Assembly (NCBI GenBank): GCA_009914755.4
Contig: CP086569.2
Coordinates: forward strand, 13,920,001-13,984,000
Length of the DNA: 64,000 nt
Direction: 5' to 3'
Origin: the human T2T-CHM13v2.0 reference genome, Homo sapiens
Each line of letters starts with the position of its first letter. Positions within the stretch are counted from its first letter, which is position 1. Of the stretch, positions 52,655-64,000 are shown one piece after another. The translations under genes and the position numbers were made by a program. A model generated the notes under the pieces. It was not told the origin of the DNA, searched no databases, and worked only from the letters and a program-made list of their open reading frames with translations.

Positions 52655-55085
52655 ATTCCAGTGAAAAATTCCAGGACCAGACAAATTCACACCTGAATTC
52701 TATCAGACACTCAAAGAAGTGGTACCAATCTTATTGACACTATTCTGCAAAACACAGAAAAAGGGAATCTTCTCTAAATCATTCTATGAAGCCAGTATCA
52801 CCCTAAAACCAAAACCAGGGAAGGACTTAAACAGTTCCTGATGAACATAGACGCAAAAATCCTCAACAAAACTCAAGCAAACCAAATCCAACAACATATC
52901 AAAAAGATAACCCACCAGGATCAAATGGGTTTCATACAAGGGATGCAGGGATGGTTTAACATACATAAGTCAATAAATGTGATGCACCACATAAACAGAT
53001 TTAAAAGCAAAAATCACATGATTGTCTCAATAGATGCAGAAAAAGCATTTGACAAAATCCAGCATCGCTTAATGGTTAAAATTCTCCACAAAGTCAGCAT
53101 AGAAGGGACATATTTAAGGTAATAAAAGTTAACTACGAGAAACCCACAGCCATCATTATACTGAACAGGGAAAAGTTGAAATCATTCCCCCGGAGAACTG
53201 AAACCAGACAAAGATGGCCACTCTCACCACTTCTATTTAACACGTACTAGATGTTCTAAACAGTGCAATCAGAAAAGAGAAAGAAGTAAAGGGCATCCAA
53301 ATTGGTAAACAGGAAGTCAAACTCTTGCTGTTTTCCTGATGATATGATCATATACCTAGAAAACCCTGAAGACACATCGAAAAAGCTCCTAGAACTGGTA
53401 ATGAATTCACAAAAGTTTCACATTACAAAATTAATGTAAATAAATCAGTAGCTCTGCTATACACCAAGAGCAAGCAAGCCAAGAATCAAATCAAGACCTC
53501 AATCCCTTTTACTACAGCAGCAAAAAATAAAATAAAATACTTAAGAATATACCTAACCCAGGACATGAAACACCTCAGCAAGGAAAACTGCAAAACACTG
53601 CTTAAAAAAAAATTCATAGATGACACAAACAAGTGGGAACATATCTGATGTTTATGGATGAGTAGGGTCAATATTGTGAAAATTACCATACTGCCAAAGC
53701 AATCTACAAATCCAATGTAATTCCCATCAAAACATCACCATCATTCTCATGGAACTAGAAAAAATTCTAAAATTAATATGGAACCAAAAAAATAGCCTAC
53801 ATAGCTAAAGCAAAACTAAACAATAACAAATCTGAAGCATCACATTACTTTACTTCAACCAATACTGTAAGGCCATACTCACCAAAACAGCACGGTACTG
53901 GTATAAAAATAGGCACATAGACCAACAGAACAGGTTAGAGAACCCAGCAATAAAGCCAAATACTTATAGCCAACTGATATTTGACAAAGCCAAGAAAAAC
54001 ATAGAGTGGGGAAAGGACACCCTATTGAAAAAAGCTTGCGGGAATAGTTGGTAAGCCACATGTAGAAGAATGAAACTGGATTCTTATCTCTACCTTATAC
54101 AAAAATCAACTTGTGATGAATCAAAGACTTAAATCTAAGTCCTAAAACCATAAAGACTCTGGAAGACAACATCGAACAACCTTCTAGACATTGGCTTAGG
54201 CAAAGACTTTATGACCAAGAACACAAAAGCAAATGAAATAACAACAAAAATGTAAATACATAGGGCTTAATTAAACTAAAAACATTCTGCACCACAAAAA
54301 GAATAATCAGCAGACAACCCACAGAATAGGAGAAAATTTTCATAACCTATGTATTCAACAATGGACTAATATATATAATCTACAAAGAACTCAAAGAAAT
54401 CCCATGAAAAAGTGGGCTAAGACATGAACAGATAATTCTCAAAAGAAGATATACAGGTGGCCAAGAAGTATATGGGGAAATGCTCAAGCATTTTATCAAT
54501 TTATATTGTCCCTGATATCAATTTATCAGGGAAATGCAAATCAAAACCACCATTCGATACCACCTCACTTCTGTAAGAATGGCCATAATCAAAAAATCAA
54601 AAAATAATAGATGTTAGTGTGGATGCGGTGAAAAGGAACACATTTACACTGTTGGTGGGAATGTAAACTAGCACAGCCACTACAGAAAACAGTGTGGAGA
54701 TTCCTTAAAGAAGTAAAAGTAGATCTATTGTTTGATTCAGCAATCCCACTGCTAGCTGTCTACTCAGAGGAAAGGGTGTTATTACATAAAAAAGATACTT
54801 GCACATGCATGTTTATAGCAGCAAAATTTGCAATGTAAAAATATGGAACCAGCCCAAGTGCCTGTCAATCAATGAGCAGATAAGTAAAATGCAGTATATA
54901 CACAGCATGGAATATGACTCAGCCATAAAAAGAAATGAAATAATGGTATTTGCAGCAACCTGGATAAAATTGGAGACTATTATTCTAAGTGAAGTAACTC
55001 AGGAATAGGAAACCAAGCATTTATGTTCTCACTTATATGTGGGAACTAAGTGATAAGGACACAAAGGCATAAGAATGAGACATTG
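52655..55085 (+). mobile_element. L1 (L1PB/L1MA-like) ORF2 RT through ORF2 C-terminus, sense. Lacks terminal 3'UTR (abuts Alu).
   Basis: Sense ORF2 blocks (ccaggaccagacaaattcacacctgaattctatcagacactcaaagaagtggtaccaatc; ORF 52841-53122 gives [75 protein letters not shown]; atgcaaatcaaaaccaccattcgataccacctcacttctgtaagaatggccataatc). Ends gtgggaactaagtgataaggacacaaagg. Confidence 0.7.
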
Positions 55086-55086
55086 G

Positions 55087-55395
55087 GCTAGCTGTCATAG
55101 TTCATGCCTGTAATCCCAGCAATTAGGGAGGATGAGGCAGGTGGATCATCTGAGGCCAAGAGTTCGAGGCCAGCTTGGCCATCATGGTGAAACTCTATCT
55201 CTACTAAAAAAATAAAAAAATAGCCAAGTGTGGTGGCAAGTGCCTATAATCCCAGCTGCTCAGGAGGCTGAGCCAAGAGTATCACTTGAGCCCAGGAGGT
55301 GGAGGTTGCAGTGAGCTGATATCGAGCCACTGCACTCCAGCCTGGGCAACAGAGTGAGACTCCATCTCAAAAAAAAAAAAAAAAAAAAAAAAAGG
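55087..55395 (+). mobile_element. Alu SINE, forward, long poly-A
   Basis: gctagctgtcatagttcatgcctgtaatcccagcaattagggaggatgaggcaggtggatcatctgaggccaagagttcgaggcc ... gcaacagagtgagactccatctcaaaaaaaaaaaaaaaaaaaaaaaaa. Confidence 0.9.
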
Positions 55396-56061
55396 ATCTT
55401 GTCATTGGCTTAAGGACCATCCTACTCCACAATGACATTATTCTGAGATCCTTGTCTTAATTGTATCTGTAAAGATCTTTATTCTAAATATAGTTACATT
55501 CTGTAATTTGAGCATTAAAATAAAAGCACAATGGGGTTCCCTTAAAGCACTAACCTGCTCTTTAACAAAAAATTATAAAGGGTTAAAAAGATCCTATAAA
55601 AATCTTACCTTATGCTCAAACATTAAAATTGGGTAAATGTGTCTACAAGATTTTATTAATAATTGAGTTTAACATTAATAGCACACTAATATAAAGGTAA
55701 AATTTGGCTTATTTGGTGTAAGGTCATACAGGAAGCATTGTCAAATATAAAATGGTGTTTGGCTTTCTTTGAGCTACATTTATATAAATACATTATTGAT
55801 ATGTGTCCCAAAGTTATGGGAGACTCCTGTAATTCTGATATATCTTAATGTTTGTTATCAGTAATAATTATAATGTATGTTAAAATTATTGTGTGCCACA
55901 GAGGTATCAGATTTCTTTGTCAGTTGTGACTTCAACTATGGCTGCCCTAAAATTTTTGTTTTAATTTAATTAATTAATTTATTTCTAAATGAATCCATGA
56001 TACAGCACAGGATGATTTTATAGAATCTAGAATATTTTACCAAAAATTCTTAAAAGTGGTC

Positions 56062-56359
56062 TGGGCCAGGCGCGGTGGCTCAGGCCTGTAATCCCAGCAC
56101 TTTGGGAGGCCAAGGTGGGTGGATCGCAAGTTCAGGAGATCTAGACCATCTTGGCTAACACAGTGAAACCCCGTCTCTACTAAAAATACAAAAAATTAGC
56201 CGGGCACAGTGGCGTGCACCTGTAGTCCCACCTACTCAGGAGGCTGAGGCAGGAGAATGGCATGAACCCAGGAGGTGGAGCTTGCAGTGAGCCGAGATAG
56301 TGCCACTGCAGTCCGGCCTGGGTGAAAGAGCGAGACTCCGTCTCAAAAAAAAAAAAAAA
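56062..56359 (+). mobile_element. AluY-like SINE (CpG-rich), forward, with about 11-bp TSD
   Basis: gggccaggcgcggtggctcaggcctgtaatcccagcactttgggaggccaaggtgggtggatcgcaagttcaggagatctagacc ... gtgaaagagcgagactccgtctcaaaaaaaaaaaaaaa. Flanks aaaagtggtct at 56051-56061 and, after the poly-A, gtggtctc at 56360-56367. Confidence 0.93.
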
Positions 56360-56999
56360 GTGGTCTCTATTGTTGTGAATATAATAAGTGAGCATGTATT
56401 TTATATTCTAGTACCTTTTATGAATATAAATAAAATTAGCTACTACTACTAATAATAATTGTTATTATTATTGCTATGTTAAAATTATTATATAACACAA
56501 AGGTAACAGATATCCTTGTCAATGTAACTTTATGGCTACCCTAAAATTTTTTGTCACCCACAAACAATTGTTGTCTTGTTTTTTGTCCTCTAGAGACTGA
56601 AGTAATCTTTTTGACTTTTTGAGTATTTTTAAGTTATGGCAATATAGTAACTGATCTGTGGTAAGTAAAGAATGTCATTTCTGACAGGCCAGGAACCCCA
56701 AGTTATCTTGAAACCTGAAGAGGAAAGCACACCCAGCTCATAGGTATTTAATGGTATAATTCCATGGCTGGACTCAGCTTTAAAAAGTCTTATTTCAGAT
56801 TTCTTTCGTGGAACAAAGTTCCATCATTGCCAATTTAAAAGGCCTATGTAACAAATAATTTGTCTTGCTTTACACTGCATGCAAATAATTAAACCAAGTG
56901 TAATAAAGCAAACCAGTCCCACCATGATTTGTCTTTTAATAATGGTTACTAAGAGAAAATAACACATGGGCTTTTCCAAACATGTACCTCTGCCTCTCA

Positions 57000-57850
57000 T
57001 TAGGCAAGGAATGTTGTTTCTATCTCAACCAATCAGGCCTAATAAGAAACACTGCTAAATAACTTAAAGAAAGGGCCAGAAAGCTAAGGAAATACCAAAA
57101 TGACCAAATAGATTCTTGGTTTGGGAATGAAATCATAGCATCGGTCATCCCATTTCCGGGCCCTCTCCTGATGATATGCCTATGACTAATGTTCTTACCC
57201 TGCCTAATTAACCTTTTACAAAGATTTTTGATGAAGAGGATCATGTCCATTTCACAGACAACTACCCAAAACATCTACAGATGATGTTACTCCTACAGTC
57301 AACTGAGACCAGAAAACTCTCCGTGCCCTGTCAGCAGGAAGTAGCCAGAAAGAACATGTGGCTCCTCGTCCTTTTTATAACTATAAGGTTTAGATTGACA
57401 GAGCAGGAGCATAGCCATCTTGGACAAGCACCAACATTTTAAAGCTCCCCTTGATCAAAAACTGCCTAAATCCAACCCACAGGGCCTCAGCCTAATGGTT
57501 AACATAAGCATGACCATAAACCAATAATGGTATCTCTGACCAAAAACATTCCAACCCTAAGAAAACCACCCCCCAGCCAGAGACAGTCTGGCCCCAAGAT
57601 AACATTTCCTCTGGCCACAGAGATGTCAGCCCCTAGATAACCTCTACTCTGACCAGAGACATTCCAAGCCCTCAATAAAGTTCTCCTCCACACAGAAACA
57701 TTCCAAGCCTCTGATAAACTCTCTCACCCTAAAACCCTAAAATACTCTTAGCCTGTAAGAGGGAGTGCTCCTGATTGAAATTGGCCAGACGCCCCCCTCA
57801 GGTTTATTCTCCAAAATAAACCTGTCTTTGACTGTTGAGCCACTTTTAAT
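57000..57850 (+). mobile_element. Candidate solitary LTR or other promoter-like repeat (unclassified)
   Basis: Contains a CCAAT motif (caaccaatcagg, about 57028), a TATA-like ttttataactataagg (about 57375), two AATAAA signals (aataaagttctcc about 57678; aataaacctgtctttg about 57816) and an internal 34-bp tandem array. No ORF. No match to Alu or L1. Class not identifiable from memory. Confidence 0.3.
57530..57720. repeat. Degenerate 34-35-bp minisatellite, about 5 units
   Basis: Units ctctgaccaaaaacattccaaccctaagaaaacc / ctctggccacagagatgtcagcccctagataacc / ctctactctgaccagagacattccaagccctcaataaag / ctcctccacacagaaacattccaagcctctgataaact. Confidence 0.7.
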
Positions 57851-57885
57851 GTTTCTTTCCTCTTTCTTTAATTCTTAAAATTACA

Positions 57886-58186
57886 GGCCATGTGCAGTGG
57901 CTCACACTTGTAATCCCAGCACTTTGGGAGGCCAAGGTGAGTGGATCACTAGGTCAGGAATTCGAGACCATCCTGGCTAACACAGTGAAACCTCGTCTCT
58001 ACTAAAAATACAAAAAAATTAGCCGGGCATGGTGGCAGATGCCTCCATGTAGTAGTCGCAGCTACTCAGGAGGCTGAGGAAGGAGAATGGTGTGAACCTG
58101 GGAGGCAGAGCTTGCAGTGAGCCAAAATTGCACCACTGCACTCCAGCCTGGGTGACAGAGCAAGACTCTGTCTCAAAAAAAAAAAA
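57886..58186 (+). mobile_element. AluY-like SINE, forward, short TSD (aaaattaca)
   Basis: ggccatgtgcagtggctcacacttgtaatcccagcactttgggaggccaaggtgagtggatcactaggtcaggaattcgagaccatcctggctaacacagtgaaacc ... gtgacagagcaagactctgtctcaaaaaaaaaaa. The flank aaaattaca repeats after the tail. Confidence 0.9.
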
Positions 58187-59096
58187 TTACAATATTTTTA
58201 TCTGTAAGTTATGAAAAATAAGCTTTTTACATTTTTGAATAACACATTTCCATAGTCAAAAATTCAAAAACAAAAATAACATGTAATAAAAATTTTATGC
58301 CCACACTTCCCCAATGTCTGCCATGTTGCTGTATATGTTTTACATTTTCTTTTTGCAAAACCAGGAATATAGTAATATATATGTCATTTCTCCGTCCCCA
58401 TTTTTACATAATATTGTATTCAACATTCTTGTCCTTAATTTTCCCTGTAACAATATATCTTGGATATCTCTTCATATCAATACATAGGCAACATTTTGAT
58501 CTTTACTTATTGAATGCATTCTGTAATTTCCAAATATTTACAGATAAATGTATCAATTGATTTATTCTTCAATTGTGCTATAGTCAGAAATTATAATTAA
58601 TATTTCTAAGTCTGTTGAGATTCACTCTGTATTAAAAATTACTTTGTAAAGTAGTATGTGATCAGTATCTGTAAATGTTTAATATGCACATAAAAACATA
58701 TAATCTTATTTGTTTTATTTATATATATTCTCTAAAAGTTAGATACAGGAGATTTATATATATTTATAATACCATAATGATGTGTTTCAATCTTTTTACT
58801 ATTTACCACTTTTTATTAATAGTTTCATTAATAAACTATTAATAATGGGATGGTAGTTATAAAATATGTACATTTTATTTTCTCTTGCAATTCTCTAAAT
58901 TATTTTGTGTGTTTTGAGTTAGACGATTACTTGCATCTAGACTTAGAATGTTGTTTTTATCCTAGTAAATTGTTTATTGGTATATAAGAAACAGTATATT
59001 TTCCCAAGTAAATTCAACAAGTATTGATTGAGTATTTCATATATGCCAGACTTGCAGACCCTGGGATAAAGCAGTAAACAAGATAGAAAAGAAATG

Positions 59097-59456
<360 letters not shown>

Positions 59457-60605
59457 TTAATTTACTGTCTAAATGTTAGATACAGGAAATTATATCTATA
59501 TTTATAATATCAAAATGATGTTGTTTAATCCACTTTTTGATATTTGTAAGATATATCTTTATCTCAATATTTCAGCCTTCTTGTTTTAAATGTTACTCTT
59601 AGGAATAAAATATAACTCAACTTGATTTTAACCAACCAGAGAGTCTCTCTTTTAACCTATGAGCTTAGCCACTTACATTAATTACAATTCCTGGTATGCT
59701 TTAGAATTATTTCCAGCAGGTTGCTATGGCTGTTCAAATATTTTGTCAAGTTGTTTTATTATTATTTTTTGCCCTGCCTTTTAATTTATTGAACCAATCT
59801 TCTTTCTTTCTTTTTCCCTTGCTAGTGATTTGGAAGTTGTAAATTCTATTTCTAACAGTTAAATGGATATCCTTAAAAGTTTAGTAGCAACACAGGAGGT
59901 CCATTCCAAGATGGCCAAATAGGAACAGCTCAAGTCAGCAGCTCCTAGTGTGATTGATGCAGAAAATGGGTGATTTCTGCATTTCCAACTCGGGTACCTG
60001 GTTCATCTCACTGATACTAGTCAGAAAATGGGTGCAGCCCATGGAGGGTGAGATGAAGCAGGGTGGGGGCATCACCTCACCCAGGAAGTGCAAAGGATCA
60101 TGGGATTTCCCTTTCCTAGCCAAGGGAAGCCATGACAGACTGTACCAGGAAAATCAGGACACTGCCACCCAAACACTGTGCTTTCCCAATGGTCTTAGCA
60201 AATGGCACACCAGGAGATTATATCCTGTACCTGGCTTAGTGAGTCCCATACCCACGAAGCCTTGCTCACTGCTAGCACTGCAGTCCGAGATCAAACTGCC
60301 ATGTGGCCGCCTGGCTTGGGGAGGGGCGTCCACCATTGCTAAGGCTTGAGTAGGTAAACAAAGTGGCTGGGAAGCTCAAAGTGGGGGGAGCCCACAGCAG
60401 CTCACTGAGGCCTGACTGCCTGTATAGACTCCACCTCTCGGGGCAGGGCATAGCTGAACAAAAAGTAGCAGAAACTTCTGCGACTTAAACATCTCTGACA
60501 GCTCTGAAGAGAGCAGTGGTTCTCCTAGCATGGTATTTGAGCTCTGAGAACAGACAGGTTGCCTCCTCAAGTGGGTCACTGACCCCCATGTAGCCTAATT
60601 GGGAG

Positions 60606-60710
60606 AAAAAAGAGTAAAAAGAACAAAGCCTCCAAGAAATATGGGACTATGTGAAAAGCCCAAATCTATGCTTGACTGGTATACCTGAAAGTGATGGGGA
60701 GAATGGAACC
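60606..60710 (+). repeat. 105-bp copy of this L1's own ORF1 segment, inserted inside its 5'UTR
   Basis: aaaaaagagtaaaaagaacaaagcctccaagaaatatgggactatgtgaaaagcccaaatctatgcttgactggtatacctgaaagtgatggggagaatggaacc is embedded between the 5'UTR blocks ...gtagcctaattgggag and tcccagtaggggctgacagacacctc. The same string, with one difference (tatgtg vs tatttg), is at its native ORF1 position 61443-61547. Confidence 0.85.
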
Positions 60711-61028
60711 TCCCAGTAGGGGCTGACAGACACCTCATAGAGCTGGGTGCCCCTCTAAGACAAAGCTTCCAGAGGAAGAATCAGGCAGCAATATTTGCTG
60801 TTCTGTAATATTTGCGTTCTGCACCTCTGCTGGTGATACCCAGGCAAACAGGCTCTGGAGTGGACCTCCAGCAAACTCCAACAGACCTGCAGCTGAGGGA
60901 CCTGACTGTTAGAAGGAAAACTAACAAACAGAAAGGAATAGCATCAACATCAATAAAAAGGACATCCACACCAAAACCCCATCTGTAGGTCACTGTCATC
61001 AAAGACCAAAGGTAGATAAAACCACAAA

Positions 61029-62050
61029 GATGGGGAGAAACCAGAGTAGAAAAGCTGAAAATTCTAAAAACCAGAGCACCTCTTCTCCTCCAAAGGATCG
61101 CAGCTCCTTGCCAGCAATGGAACAAAGCTGAATGGAGAATAACTTTGACAAGTTGACAGAAGTAGGCTTCAGAAAGTCAGTAATAACAAACTTCTCTGAG
61201 CTAAAGGAGGATGTTTGAACCCATAGCAAAGAAGCCAAAGATGTTGAGAAAAGATTAGACTAATAGGTAACTAGAATAAACAGCATAGAGAAGACCTTAA
61301 ATGACCTGAGTGAGCTGAAACCATGGCACGAGAACTACATGACCCATGCAGAAGCTTCAGTAGCTGGTTTGATCAAGTGGAAGAAAGGGTATCAGTGATT
61401 GAAGATCAAATGAATGAAATGAAGCAAGAAGAGAAGTTTAGAGAAAAAAGAGTAAAAAGAACAAAGCCTCCAAGAAATATGGGACTATTTGAAAAGCCCA
61501 AATCTATGCTTGACTGGTATACCTGAAAGTGATGGGGAGAATGGAACCAAGCTGGAAAACACTATTCAGTATATTATCCAGGAAAATTTCCCCAACCTAG
61601 CAAGACAGGCCAACATTCAAATTCAGGAAATAACAGAGAACATCACAAAGATATCCCTTGAGAAGGGCAAGCCCAAAACACATAATTGTCAGATTCACCA
61701 AGGTTGAAATGAAGGAAAAAATGTTAAGGGCAGCCAGAGAGAAAGGTCTGGTTACCCACAAAGGGAAGGCCTTCAGAATAACAGTGGATCTCTCAGCAGA
61801 AACTCTACAAGCCAGAAGAGAGTGCAGGCTAATATTCAACATTCTTAAAGAAAAGAATTTTCAACCCAGAATACCATATCCAGCCAAACTAAGCTTCATA
61901 CATGAAGGAGAAATAAAATTGTTTACAGACAAGCATATGCTGACAGATTTTGTCACCACCAGGCCTGCCTTACAAGAGCTCCTGAAGGAAGCACTAAACA
62001 TGGAAAGAAACAACTGGTAACTGCCAATGCAAAAACATGCCAAATTGTAA
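61029..62050 (+). pseudogene. L1 ORF1p coding region, disrupted (multiple stops/frameshifts)
   Basis: The track splits it into 61323-61526 (MARELHDPCRSFSSWFDQVEERVSVIEDQMNEMKQEEKFREKRVKRT...), 61489-61707 and 61658-62020 (...[113 protein letters not shown]). All are L1 ORF1p in three frames. Confidence 0.85.
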
Positions 62051-62110
62051 AGACCATCAATGCTAGGAAGAAACTTTATCAACTAATGGGCAAAATAACC
62101 AGCTAACATC

Positions 62111-64000
<1,890 letters not shown>

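Overview
This window reads as primate (human-like) genomic DNA. It is AT-rich and most of it is interspersed repeats. I see no prokaryotic architecture of any kind: no operons, no CRISPR array, no defence-system genes. I also see no convincing cellular protein-coding gene, tRNA or rRNA.

By eye, roughly two thirds or more of the 64 kb is LINE-1 sequence of several ages. The L1 content includes: a twin-primed inversion/deletion L1 (about 17060-20160); a 4.9-kb 5'-truncated L1PA with a perfect 18-bp target-site duplication (22588-27456); an ancient full-length L1 (29920-35830); a minus-strand full-length L1 with an internal deletion (7290-12990); a minus-strand L1PA (44118-49196); and a full-length L1PA with its 5'UTR that runs off the window end (59895-64000).

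There are at least 20 Alu elements. Several are CpG-rich AluY-like copies with intact target-site duplications, and these are nested inside L1s. One degenerate ERVL internal region (gag-pro-pol, RT motif YMDD, integrase GIPHSIVSD) lies at about 40230-44100. (TCCC)n, (CA)n and (TA)n microsatellites are present.

Almost every ORF in the supplied track is a translation of Alu sequence, L1 ORF1/ORF2 remnants, ERVL pol remnants or microsatellites. The most notable things seen directly in the sequence are:
- a 105-bp piece of L1 ORF1 duplicated into the 5'UTR of the same L1, at 60606-60710;
- the twin-priming L1 structure with a young AluY nested in its inverted arm;
- two about 110-bp diverged duplicate segments that each end in a consensus 5' splice-donor motif (15893-16010 and 16625-16745);
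- an LTR-like block with promoter-like motifs and a 34-bp minisatellite (57000-57850).

All coordinates were placed by eye from the printed sequence, so element ends are approximate to within a few bp. Subfamily names come from remembered consensus sequences and are provisional.
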